Origin: a phage
DNA: 45,624 nt
NCBI GenBank assembly: GCA_033193195.1
Contig: GCA_033193195.1_4326.1
Direction: 5' to 3' (one strand)
Below are positions 27,706-36,649 of this stretch, one piece after another. A model generated the notes under the pieces. That model made no database searches. It worked only from the letters and a program-made list of their open reading frames with translations, and was not told the DNA's origin. A program made the translations under genes and the position numbers. How positions within the stretch are numbered: position 1 is the stretch's first letter; the number at the start of each line of letters is the position of its first letter.

Positions 27706-29289
27706 ATGTTTGATTTCAACGAAGATAAACTATCTGTTGAGCAGGTTATGGCAATCGCTGCCAATGAAAACCTACCACCGCTTCGCGTGGCTATTAATGC
27801 CAATGGCTATCGACATTCTCAATCGTTCTGGAAAGCACCTGTCGAGATTGATACAGGTAATGATAAGTATCCAGTAATCTCACTCGGTAATGATATTGAT
27901 GTTGTTGGTAAGCTATCGGCTAATATCGCTCGCTCGGTTCAGTTCCCTGAGTCGTCAGCTTACATGCACTTTCTTGGTTGTGTTTCTGCTGCAATGCTTG
28001 GGCGTTTTACTGTCGAGTATCATGGAACCCAACAGCCAACATCTTTGTACGTGGTAACAAGTCAGCCGCCTTCAACTGGTAAATCAGCCATTAACTCGCT
28101 ATCAATTGCGCCGATGATTGCTGAGACTGAGCGGTTGAATAAAGTACGTAAACGTGATCGAAAAAAGATTATTGCTAAACTGTCCGCTCTGGCTAAAGAG
28201 ATGAAGCAGGAGAAATCACCTTCTGAAATGGCTTCACTTTTTGAGGAGAAGGAGGATTTAGAGGAGAAGCTCGAGAAGCTATGCGATATAGTATTCCCTG
28301 TCTCCGATACTACTCCGGAAGGTCTTGCGCGAATCAACAATCGCCAGGGTAATTTTGCGGTAATCTCTGATGAGGCTACTAGCGTCAACTCACTGTTAGG
28401 CATGACTTACGGTGATGGCTCGAAGAAAACGAACAGCGAGCTCGTGCTGAAAGCATGGGATGCAGGTAATGTGTCAATTGCCCGTGCGAACGCAGAAAAT
28501 AACATGAGCTTTGTGGCTATGGGATGCATCTCCGTAATTGCTCAGGATGAAACAATCAATGCCATTATGAATGCTGGTGCGCGTGGTATTGGTGTATCTG
28601 AGCGTTTCCTTCTGGTGCGTGAAAAATCATTTCTTGGCGAACGTGTATTTGTTGATGAAAATGGTGATTCAACCTATGAGGCTATTGATGACGGCCTGAA
28701 AGCAGACTATTTCCGTCTTGTTCATGAGATTATGAATGAAGTTGAAGTGAAACTTACTGTAAGCGCGTCATCAATGCGTTACCTTAACCGCGCTCGTCAA
28801 GAGATGGAGCCTCATCTTGGTGATGGTGGCAAGTATTCTCACACAATGTTGCGCGGTGCTCTTGGTAAGTTTGATAAGCAAGCAATCCGCATCGCTTCTG
28901 TTCTGCACGTAATTCGTAACTGGTTCTCACCAGCCGGATCCAGCCCTCAAAAGTCAAGAGAGATTGAACTGGATACAATGCAGGAAGCGGTTATGATTTT
29001 CAACGAACTAAGCAAGACTTATTTATCATCCGCTAGTGCTGCTGGTCATGCTGGTGACAATGCCGAGATGAACAAGCTGGTTGATATCCTGATTAAGCAG
29101 GGCAAGAATGGTAAAGGTGTTGTTGGTGTTCGCTCGTTGTATGAGGCTGCACGCAAGGTTAAACCTTTTGAAGCTCAGGCTGGAATTATGACTCGCATTA
29201 AGGACCACTTGATTCCTATGCTTGATGAGAAAAACTACACATGCCTGATTGGTGATAAAATTTACATTAATCCACTATTGCTGGGGTAA
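27706..29289 (+). CDS. P-loop NTPase, possibly replication-associated
   Basis: QPPSTGKS Walker A-like motif, 527 aa. Confidence 0.5.
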   Translation: MFDFNEDKLSVEQVMAIAANENLPPLRVAINANGYRHSQSFWKAPVEIDTGNDKYPVISLGNDIDVVGKLSANIARSVQFPESSAYMHFLGCVSAAMLGRFTVEYHGTQQPTSLYVVTSQPPSTGKSAINSLSIAPMIAETERLNKVRKRDRKKIIAKLSALAKEMKQEKSPSEMASLFEEKEDLEEKLEKLCDIVFPVSDTTPEGLARINNRQGNFAVISDEATSVNSLLGMTYGDGSKKTNSELVLKAWDAGNVSIARANAENNMSFVAMGCISVIAQDETINAIMNAGARGIGVSERFLLVREKSFLGERVFVDENGDSTYEAIDDGLKADYFRLVHEIMNEVEVKLTVSASSMRYLNRARQEMEPHLGDGGKYSHTMLRGALGKFDKQAIRIASVLHVIRNWFSPAGSSPQKSREIELDTMQEAVMIFNELSKTYLSSASAAGHAGDNAEMNKLVDILIKQGKNGKGVVGVRSLYEAARKVKPFEAQAGIMTRIKDHLIPMLDEKNYTCLIGDKIYINPLLLG

Positions 29290-29292
29290 TTT

Positions 29293-29628
29293 ATGTACCT
29301 GCTCGACCTGTATAATTTCTGCGAAGGATACAAGAACTTCAACCGCCAGCACCTGGCAAGATTCATCTATAAGCACAAGGATTGCGCAAGGATGGCCAAG
29401 GCTGCCGGGGTTGATGAAAGGTATTTTGCCTCAAGTTGCTCGAAGGAGTTTATGGCGAGAATGCTTACGGCTGGGTATCTTGATGGAGTTAATGGAGTGT
29501 ACTGGTGTAAGGGTTCAATTAAGCGACCATTTCAGTTTGAATTCATGAGCCTTGAAGGTAGGTCCAGTGATTACGTCAGTGAGATGATGAACATAGCCAA
29601 CATGAGTGATGACGAATTGTTTGCATAA
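29293..29628 (+). CDS. hypothetical protein
   Basis: 111 aa ORF. Confidence 0.5.
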   Translation: MYLLDLYNFCEGYKNFNRQHLARFIYKHKDCARMAKAAGVDERYFASSCSKEFMARMLTAGYLDGVNGVYWCKGSIKRPFQFEFMSLEGRSSDYVSEMMNIANMSDDELFA

Positions 29629-29632
29629 AAAT

Positions 29633-29660
29633 AGCCCCATTACGGGGCTTTTTTGTTTTT
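29633..29660. terminator. bidirectional terminator between convergent units
   Basis: AGCCCC-ATTA-CGGGGCT followed by T6GT5. Confidence 0.65.
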
Positions 29661-30026
29661 CCTGAATATCATTAAGAGCAGAATGATGATGACGCAAAAC
29701 ATGATTCCACTCCCAATCCACGGGATTGCAGACGAATCATTGTTGGTGATTTCAATCTTCTCAGCCGTGATTGTTGATGCCTTGATTGAGTTATCAGAAG
29801 TCTTTTTACCGCTTGAACTATCAAGAGTGTCAACCTTAGAGTTCTTCACTTCAGCCTTTGCGCTGGAACTTGAATCAACCTTATTAGTTAGCCCTACTCC
29901 AACCTTGTTATTCTCCGCACCTGCTTGAGCGCTAATCTCTGGCTTACTACCAATCAACCCGGTCAGCGCATGAGTTGCCGAGCAACCAGAAAGTATAATT
30001 ACCTCAGCAATTAACGCAGCCTTCAT
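29640..30026 (-). CDS. candidate unimolecular spanin (lipoprotein signal + C-terminal TMD)
   Basis: N-term lipobox ILSGC, C-term hydrophobic IPWIGSGIMFCVIIILLLMIF, adjacent to endolysin. Confidence 0.55.
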   Translation of the reverse strand: MKAALIAEVIILSGCSATHALTGLIGSKPEISAQAGAENNKVGVGLTNKVDSSSSAKAEVKNSKVDTLDSSSGKKTSDNSIKASTITAEKIEITNNDSSAIPWIGSGIMFCVIIILLLMIFRKNKKAP

Positions 30027-30508
30027 TTACCCACCCCACTTAAGCATAATTTAATCTCCTCGTTGCGCCTGTTAACTAGACCTTTAACAACTTTTAGCTT
30101 GCCATTTACTCGAGCTTTATTCCAGGAGGCGAGAGCATTACAACCCTCTTCAATCTTGCCCTGATTAATCAGCCTTACTGCCGTTGACTTCCTCATTGCA
30201 GCGCCACCAACGTTGTAGCTAAAGCTGATTAACGCCGCCCTTGTCTGTGGAGAGATTGGGTAAGTTACTGCATCCTGCACATACTTTCCATGAATCTGGA
30301 TGTGTTTCTCCAGTAAGTTCCTGCACTCCCTTGCACTGTACTTTTTACCCCACACCACATCAGGACCAGTGATACCTGAACAAACCGTAGGAATGCCTGA
30401 AATGTCCATGTAAGGCTTGTATTCCACACCTTCTACTAGCTCAATAATCGGCGCTGCGATGTATATTGCTGCTGCCGTCGCTGCACTAATTACCAGCTTC
30501 TGCTTCAT
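30023..30508 (-). CDS. endolysin, lysozyme-like with N-terminal SAR-type segment
   Basis: weakly hydrophobic Ala/Gly-rich N-term; E-x8-D-x5-T catalytic spacing. Confidence 0.75.
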   Translation of the reverse strand: MKQKLVISAATAAAIYIAAPIIELVEGVEYKPYMDISGIPTVCSGITGPDVVWGKKYSARECRNLLEKHIQIHGKYVQDAVTYPISPQTRAALISFSYNVGGAAMRKSTAVRLINQGKIEEGCNALASWNKARVNGKLKVVKGLVNRRNEEIKLCLSGVGK

Positions 30509-30723
30509 TACTTACTCCTAATATTGATAGCTGTTTTTAAATCTCCTGACTCTAGCGCTTTCCTGATTGCCTGACTGTCCTTAAACTTCCAATATGCTCC
30601 CCACAGCCCGAAAACAACAAGAGCCACAAGGCTGATTATTGCTATAGTCATTTGACCAGTTGCGGCACCAGTTACAGCGGCTCCGCCGGTTGATGCCGTG
30701 GCGGCGTTAATTACTTCCCTCAT
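30508..30723 (-). CDS. holin candidate
   Basis: 71 aa from ATG 30723 with GGTGA SD; one strong TMD; TAATG overlap with endolysin. Confidence 0.55.
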   Translation of the reverse strand: MREVINAATASTGGAAVTGAATGQMTIAIISLVALVVFGLWGAYWKFKDSQAIRKALESGDLKTAINIRSK

Positions 30724-30796
30724 GTGATCACCTTTAAATCCTAATTTGTCAATACATAGTGCAAATATCATACATTAGGCGGTGGCAAATTATAAG

Positions 30797-30824
30797 CAAA
30801 AAAAGGGGAGCCAAAAGGCCCCCC
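30797..30824 (-). terminator. hairpin plus T-run
   Basis: GGGGGGCC-TTTT-GGCTCCCC then T7 on minus strand. Confidence 0.5.
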
Positions 30825-30850
30825 GCATGCAAATCTATGTTTTTGATGTG

Positions 30851-31024
30851 TTAATCTTCGATAATAAATTCCACCAAAGAGCCATCAATCGGCGCAAGGA
30901 TGTGAGTCATATCGTCACCGTAAACTTTGTAGTAACCGTCACCTAGAGACTCTGCGCTGTACGGCTGGTTTTCGGTGAACGGCAGTGTCTTTGAGTTGTT
31001 TTTAACGCAGTATAATTTAGTCAT
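30851..31024 (-). CDS. small hypothetical protein (57 aa, not in track)
   Basis: ATG 31024 after GAGGA; family promoter upstream. Confidence 0.4.
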   Translation of the reverse strand: MTKLYCVKNNSKTLPFTENQPYSAESLGDGYYKVYGDDMTHILAPIDGSLVEFIIED

Positions 31025-31055
31025 TTTTGAATCCTCTGTTGTTTTCGATGTAGTA

Positions 31056-31100
31056 ATTATGCCGGATTACTCCGGCGATTGTTTAGCAATTCGTGCTATT
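31056..31100 (-). promoter_or_regulatory. family promoter overlapping 3' end of dNMP kinase gene
   Basis: minus-strand AATAGCACGAATTGCTAAACAA, CATAAT, leader CATCGAAAACAAC. Confidence 0.5.
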
Positions 31101-31637
31101 GATTGCACTAATTACTTTTTCTGAAGTTCTTTTAATATCACCTTCAATAACATCAACATCAATCTCTCTTGCGCAGACGCAACTAAGGTATGACCTACTA
31201 TCTCCTTCGAAAGTATAACCAGGTCTGTGAAGCCTAATCAATGTAACCTCAACACCGTTGCCAATCAGTGGTTCGATTTCACTCGCAAATCCACCGTCTG
31301 AACAAATGTAGCATCCATCACCAAGTGATTGCGCTAGCCTTTTACCGAAAACATCATCACCAAAGACTGGCTTCATAACTGACTCACTAATCCAAATCAT
31401 AAATTCACGAACCGTCATTCCACCAAGAAATTCATGTGGTGATTCTTTGTACTCTCGGTCATCGTAATTCTTAATAAATTCATCAAACTCATCGCTTGAT
31501 AGTATTCCTTTTGCAACATTAAACATTGGTGACTTGAATGAAACCTTATCCTTGCAAATTCCAAGATTAACAATGATATCTGCAACTGTATCTTTTCCAG
31601 CACCAGGGGGTGCATTAAGGATGATTAACTTTTTCAT
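31083..31637 (-). CDS. deoxynucleoside monophosphate kinase-like P-loop kinase
   Basis: ILNAPPGAGKDT Walker A; start 31637 with GGAGA; ends ..NSTNC inside promoter element. Confidence 0.5.
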   Translation of the reverse strand: MKKLIILNAPPGAGKDTVADIIVNLGICKDKVSFKSPMFNVAKGILSSDEFDEFIKNYDDREYKESPHEFLGGMTVREFMIWISESVMKPVFGDDVFGKRLAQSLGDGCYICSDGGFASEIEPLIGNGVEVTLIRLHRPGYTFEGDSRSYLSCVCAREIDVDVIEGDIKRTSEKVISAINSTNC

Positions 31638-31638
31638 T

Positions 31639-32112
31639 TTATTCTCCGTGAGATTCGCAGTCCTTTGGTAATTCTTTATATTCACAAACTGACATTACAG
31701 TATATCCGCAATTCCTTAGGTGACTGATAACATTAGGATTATCCTCAAAGATTATCACACTTGCTTTGTCACCATTACACAAATCATTTAGCCACATCTC
31801 TTTAATGATATAGTCATTTCTGTTATCCAATCTACTCCTCATATATATTCCATCATAATTAATATTATTATACTGAAGCCATTCAAGCGTCATACATTCG
31901 ACTTCGTCACTTCTTGAAGTCATGATGTAAACTGGCGATAACTCAGCTAACGCATTCATCATGTTTATCATTGGAATTATCGGTGAATCTCCAGAACAGG
32001 CTCTATTGTAATCACTCCAACTTGAAGTCAAGTGAAGGTCACTAGATGGTAATAGGTGGCTTCTATGTTCATTGTTAGCAATAGTTCCATCAATATCAAA
32101 CACGTAAATCAT
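31639..32112 (-). CDS. HAD-family 5'(3')-deoxyribonucleotidase-like
   Basis: N-terminal FDIDGTI (DxDGT) motif. Confidence 0.55.
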   Translation of the reverse strand: MIYVFDIDGTIANNEHRSHLLPSSDLHLTSSWSDYNRACSGDSPIIPMINMMNALAELSPVYIMTSRSDEVECMTLEWLQYNNINYDGIYMRSRLDNRNDYIIKEMWLNDLCNGDKASVIIFEDNPNVISHLRNCGYTVMSVCEYKELPKDCESHGE

Positions 32113-32167
32113 TACAACTCCCCATCTCGTTATCGTTTATTCATTTGGCCTCAATCCTTTGAGGCTT

Positions 32168-32187
32168 TATTAACAAAAAGTGCTATT
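32168..32187 (-). promoter_or_regulatory. family upstream element (no clear -10)
   Basis: minus-strand AATAGCACTTTTTGTTAATAA then hairpin GCCTCAAAGGATTGAGGC. Confidence 0.4.
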
Positions 32188-33319
32188 ACTTAAACATTTC
32201 AGGTCGGCAAGTGAATCGACCAACTTCACCGTACTCTGAGCTATAGATAATTACTGAGGCCTGACGATAAGAGCGATACCCTCTGTTTGAGCTGTACGCA
32301 TCTTTAGCACCCAACTGACCGTGTGACTCATCAATTCCAAGATTACCCTCAGTAACCGTCTGATGATGATAATGGCCACTATGTGTATAAACGTATTCAG
32401 CATTACCAAATGCTTTGCGATGGTCGCGCGCAAGAGTTGAAAGACGAGTGTCAGGCTTTCGCAATTCATGACCATGGCAGTAACCCAACAATGTTTTACC
32501 AAACTCCGTCACGTGAAGAGCGGCTGGTGAGACATCAACATTTACACGAGGCTCATCCATGTAGAAGGCAGCCATTGCAGCTCGAAGCCAAATCATCCCA
32601 GAAAGGTCGTGGTTGCCTGGTATAATCTGAACCTCAACCTCTTTATGCTTGTCAAGCATCTTACTGACGGCGCGGCGAGTTGCACGAACAGCTACGTAGA
32701 CAAGTTTATGATAACGGCTATCTTGATCAAGTACGTGCTTGCTGGTTGGAGTTACAGCTTCCATTCCATCCGAGTGAAGGAAGTCTCCACCAATCAGTAA
32801 TACGGCTTTTGATGAATTCGGGGCCTTAGCAACTGCATAATCAAAGTATTGGTTAAGCACTCGCTCTGCAATTTCTGTACTGTAGTTCTCCCCACACTCT
32901 GCATGGTGAGCCATTGCGCCAATATGCATATCAAACACGGGGTAGAGGCTCAAGGTGTCCTCATAGCTTGATTCACTGAGTGGTTTCGGAGTCTCTCGAG
33001 GGAGCTCATCTGTAAGCGCCTGAACAATCTGCTGAAGCATCTCTTCTTGTTTCTGTTCGTCGATGGAAGTTTTAACCCAGCGCAGCTTCTCATTACCATC
33101 CGCATCAATCATTGTTGAAGTGCCTTTAACAAGATAGCCATCAGGAACTAGCTTCTTGATGCCTTCATTACCATGCCCAACCCCACTCTTAGCCAACTTG
33201 CTACGACGAAGCTCAACGTTTCGAATGTTCATTCCGTACTTCTCTGCAATCGCCTTGTTAGTCAGGCCGTTTTTCAGTTCTTCGATCAACTGCTCGTTGG
33301 TAATCTTTGCTGCTGCCAT
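32186..33319 (-). CDS. metallophosphoesterase with N-terminal HTH-like segment
   Basis: GDFLHSDG and GNHD motifs typical of calcineurin-like phosphoesterases. Confidence 0.5.
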   Translation of the reverse strand: MAAAKITNEQLIEELKNGLTNKAIAEKYGMNIRNVELRRSKLAKSGVGHGNEGIKKLVPDGYLVKGTSTMIDADGNEKLRWVKTSIDEQKQEEMLQQIVQALTDELPRETPKPLSESSYEDTLSLYPVFDMHIGAMAHHAECGENYSTEIAERVLNQYFDYAVAKAPNSSKAVLLIGGDFLHSDGMEAVTPTSKHVLDQDSRYHKLVYVAVRATRRAVSKMLDKHKEVEVQIIPGNHDLSGMIWLRAAMAAFYMDEPRVNVDVSPAALHVTEFGKTLLGYCHGHELRKPDTRLSTLARDHRKAFGNAEYVYTHSGHYHHQTVTEGNLGIDESHGQLGAKDAYSSNRGYRSYRQASVIIYSSEYGEVGRFTCRPEMFK

Positions 33320-33400
33320 TTTTAAGTCCTTAGTTCATCACGATAAAATATAAGATAGTAAAGCTAACCAGTGGTGCTAATGCTGCTAGGGCTACGTACC

Positions 33401-33652
33401 TCATTCAACCTCTTTTAACCAGAAATCCAACAAATCAGCACTAATTGCTAATTTTTGGTCCATGTCTGTCATGCACAGATTACCGCACGCTGGAGAGTAG
33501 TAAATCTGTACCCATTTACCGTCCTTCGTCTTCGCGTTAACATCCACATAGTCAGGTGGAAACCAGTCATCAATAGGTATCGCTATAAACCTGGCTCCGC
33601 TACTACCATGCACTAAATCATAATGCTTTGGCTGGAAATCTAATCCAAACAT
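33401..33652 (-). CDS. hypothetical protein
   Basis: 83 aa ORF. Confidence 0.4.
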   Translation of the reverse strand: MFGLDFQPKHYDLVHGSSGARFIAIPIDDWFPPDYVDVNAKTKDGKWVQIYYSPACGNLCMTDMDQKLAISADLLDFWLKEVE

Positions 33653-33654
33653 AA

Positions 33655-33897
33655 TTAACCCTTCGTTATCTTAAATTTGAATCCCTTCTCTTTCAGGAAC
33701 TCATTCGTGTTTATCGTGACGCCAGGTTTAACCCTGAGATACTTGCGCGGCCTTTCATCCATGTACGTAAACTTACCGTTGAAGATGACACTGATATCTT
33801 TTATATCGAAGTACTTAGATATCATCTTAATGTCGTCCTGAATGCCAGCCTCTGCGCAGTGGGCCCAGACTGCGTCCCGTCCTGTTTCAACTATCAT
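33655..33897 (-). CDS. hypothetical protein
   Basis: 80 aa ORF. Confidence 0.4.
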   Translation of the reverse strand: MIVETGRDAVWAHCAEAGIQDDIKMISKYFDIKDISVIFNGKFTYMDERPRKYLRVKPGVTINTNEFLKEKGFKFKITKG

Positions 33898-34018
33898 AAG
33901 CCGTATGCCAATTTCAGATATTCACGAGCGCACATCCATGACCACTCTGATTTATTCTTAACCGCATCAATCGCATAAACTTGCGCAATCTCGAACATCT
34001 CCTTATCTACGATTTTCA

Positions 34019-34240
34019 TTATTCAAAATCCTCCGGGCAATCTTTTTTCATATCTGCGATATCTGCAACCATGCGGTCGCGCCACGTTTCGATATCGGTT
34101 CGCAAGTAATCTTCCTCAAAACTGTAATCAAGGCACCAGGCCAAATCCCAAACATCACCTTTATATCCAGCCTTGTGTAATTCCTGGGCCGACATCGCCT
34201 GAAAGAGTTCCCATTGCTTGTCAAAAGTTAAAATTGCCAT
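34019..34240 (-). CDS. hypothetical protein
   Basis: 73 aa ORF. Confidence 0.4.
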   Translation of the reverse strand: MAILTFDKQWELFQAMSAQELHKAGYKGDVWDLAWCLDYSFEEDYLRTDIETWRDRMVADIADMKKDCPEDFE

Positions 34241-34245
34241 TACTC

Positions 34246-34440
34246 TTATACCTCATCAAATTTTTCGCCGAATTCGTTTTTAACAGTTTCCAGATCATAT
34301 TTGTAAGTTGGGCTAACTTCGAATGCATATGTGCAGTCTTCAATGTCAACCAAAACATAACCATCTTCAGTTACTTGCATCTCGTAGATGTAGCCAGTCT
34401 TGCGTGATTCGTAGAATTTACCAGTATAGATAGTAGCCAT
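34246..34440 (-). CDS. hypothetical protein
   Basis: 64 aa; family promoter and leader directly upstream. Confidence 0.45.
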   Translation of the reverse strand: MATIYTGKFYESRKTGYIYEMQVTEDGYVLVDIEDCTYAFEVSPTYKYDLETVKNEFGEKFDEV

Positions 34441-34478
34441 TTTCTTTCTCTCTTTGTGTGTTTCGTTTCGATGAGTTG

Positions 34479-34525
34479 ATAATACACCAACTCACCAATT
34501 CGTCTTTAGCAATTCGTGCTATTTT
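34479..34525 (-). promoter_or_regulatory. family promoter for 34246..34440
   Basis: minus-strand AATAGCACGAATTGCTAAAGAC, TATTAT, CATCGAAACGAAACACAC. Confidence 0.6.
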
Positions 34526-34938
34526 CTTATCATCTCTGCGAATGCCGCAAGAAAACCCTCTCTTCCATAAGCAACCGCTGCGAAACCGCCTGATTCCCTT
34601 ACGCTTTTTAGGAATGACTTTTGCTCATTGCTAACTGGGCTTGCTTGCGTTTTGCCAGCCCTCTTTAACTCTATGGCGCCAAATGGATAACCGCCACGCA
34701 ATGACTCAGGTATCAAGAATAAGCAGTCTGAAACACCTTTAAGGAGGCCCTTAGCCTGGTCTTTCCTTGCCTGGCCAATGCTCTTTTTATTTTCGTTAAT
34801 CGTGTGCCAGTAAACAATCTGCGGATAGTTGTATTTCACCCAGTCAGAGCAAAATATTTGTTCGTCATCTTCCTTTGGGCATGACTTTACAGGGCCGCCG
34901 TAGAACTCGATGTAATCAATTTTGTCTGTAATTTTCAT
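34519..34938 (-). CDS. VRR-NUC-like PD-(D/E)xK nuclease
   Basis: D..LFLIPE..GAIELK motif pattern; stop TAG lies inside promoter element. Confidence 0.5.
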   Translation of the reverse strand: MKITDKIDYIEFYGGPVKSCPKEDDEQIFCSDWVKYNYPQIVYWHTINENKKSIGQARKDQAKGLLKGVSDCLFLIPESLRGGYPFGAIELKRAGKTQASPVSNEQKSFLKSVRESGGFAAVAYGREGFLAAFAEMIRK

Positions 34939-34939
34939 G

Positions 34940-36649
34940 TTAATCCTCCATCGTGAATGATTTGTTGGCGATAATGTCTTGAGACTTCTGGTTTTTACGG
35001 TGTGTGATTCTCAATGGGGCACGGAATAGATGTGCATTTGTCATAATCATTCTAGCATTACGCAATCTGCCAATTCTGAATGCCTCAGTCCTGTTATCGA
35101 TGTGTGTTAAGCAGAAAGCCTTCCATTTAACAGAGCAAACGCGATGGTCTGATTCAGGGAAGAATGTTTCATAAGCTCGGAACTTATCTCCACTATGAGC
35201 CATTACCTCATATGAAGCAACGATCCCTGACTGGTTCTTTGTTAACCCAATCTTGAAGTCATAAACTCGCAACCAGTCCCCCTTACGATACATTTTTCCT
35301 GATAACTTAGCATTCGGGTCTATGAGCATCTCACCACAGCATCTGCAATTCTTAGCTGCAATATCATTCTTCTCACCGCATCCTTTCTTAATGATAGCTT
35401 TGGTCTGTGGGTCCACTATATCTTCACACAGTCTAAACTGAAAGAAGTGCTCACAGCGCTTCCCGTCAATTACGTTATTGCAGCGCCTGGCTAATGGAGA
35501 GTTCACATAAGAGCATGCCTGACAGATTCTTGGCTCACCAACACGCTTTCTTGCTGACCTAAATTTCTGGTCTTGTACCTCTTCTATAATTGGGTCGAAG
35601 TAAAGTTCAGCCATATCATCAAGCGTTCCAGCAAAATCAAGAACAACATGGTCATCTTTTACCATTCCAGCTTCTTTGTGCTTCTTCTTAAGGATACGCA
35701 TACCACGACCAAGCAACTGAATGAGTAGAGTAATGCTACCAACCTTCCTCAGGATAATGCTTGTATCCCACGGGGGGCAGTTTACGCCAGTTGTGAGGCA
35801 ACCAATCTGAAATATGAACTTATATTCTCCGTTGGCTGCCTTCTCAAGTATCTCTCTACGCTTATTCTCACCAGTGGAGTTGGTAACTATCGCCCAAGTA
35901 ACACCTTCTGGAAGTGCGGCTGCCGCCTCCTCGCAATGCTGTTTGCTAGCGCAAGTTACCAATGCAGCATTCCTTGTTTCCATAAACCTAGCAGCAAATC
36001 CCATTATCTTTTGTGTCATCGTTTGGTTTTCGTGAATCTTTGCAGCCATCGCATCCATTTCTTTCTTGCTGAAGTCCTTAACCCCATCACTTCCATCAGG
36101 AGTGAACTCACTAAGGTCGTAGCCCAAATCACCAACTTCACCGTAGACAGTAGGAACAACGAACCCCAAGTCAACAAGGTAGCTGGTTGGCACTTGCATT
36201 ACAGTTTTGCGCCAGAATCCACGGACATTTGGGTTACTAACTACAATGTGGTCGTTGTTACGGTACGGGCTACCAGTTAACCCAAAGATACGAAGTTCGC
36301 GACCGTACTTCTCCTTGCATCGACGCTTCATTTCGGTAATGATTAACGTGTATTGCGCGCGACCAGTGCCAAGAAGCCCGGTATTCACACCATCCTTAAA
36401 GACCATCTCACCCTTCTTCGTGCTCATCTGCTCGAATGTTTCCTCATTCTCTTCAGCTTCTACGATATCCATATGGTCCACCATGTGGCAATTATGTGCC
36501 ACGACCCCGTCAGCAATGAAATTATGGTGCTCAGGCATCTCTATATCCCAAACAAGTTCCTTGCCAATGGGTGAGATGTCTTTAATTTTGCTTGATTTTG
36601 TATTCCACGCCATTTTACATGTGCTTACTAATTCTCTTAAAAAACTCAT
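34940..36649 (-). CDS. SF2 helicase C-terminal fragment preceded by intein C-terminal splicing segment
   Basis: N-term ..ELVWDIEMPEHHNFIADGVVAHN then CHMVDH; helicase motifs LTGSP and QLLGRGMR; C-terminal Cys-rich zinc-finger-like region; ATG 36649 with GAGG upstream. Confidence 0.75.
   Translation of the reverse strand: MSFLRELVSTCKMAWNTKSSKIKDISPIGKELVWDIEMPEHHNFIADGVVAHNCHMVDHMDIVEAEENEETFEQMSTKKGEMVFKDGVNTGLLGTGRAQYTLIITEMKRRCKEKYGRELRIFGLTGSPYRNNDHIVVSNPNVRGFWRKTVMQVPTSYLVDLGFVVPTVYGEVGDLGYDLSEFTPDGSDGVKDFSKKEMDAMAAKIHENQTMTQKIMGFAARFMETRNAALVTCASKQHCEEAAAALPEGVTWAIVTNSTGENKRREILEKAANGEYKFIFQIGCLTTGVNCPPWDTSIILRKVGSITLLIQLLGRGMRILKKKHKEAGMVKDDHVVLDFAGTLDDMAELYFDPIIEEVQDQKFRSARKRVGEPRICQACSYVNSPLARRCNNVIDGKRCEHFFQFRLCEDIVDPQTKAIIKKGCGEKNDIAAKNCRCCGEMLIDPNAKLSGKMYRKGDWLRVYDFKIGLTKNQSGIVASYEVMAHSGDKFRAYETFFPESDHRVCSVKWKAFCLTHIDNRTEAFRIGRLRNARMIMTNAHLFRAPLRITHRKNQKSQDIIANKSFTMED

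Noticed and set aside
33437-33455. Extra copy of the promoter element (CAGCACTAATTGCTAATTT) inside ORF 33401..33652
   Set aside because: Degenerate (one inserted base in the AATAGCAC half), wrong orientation for any nearby gene, and no -10 box; probably a chance or decayed copy.
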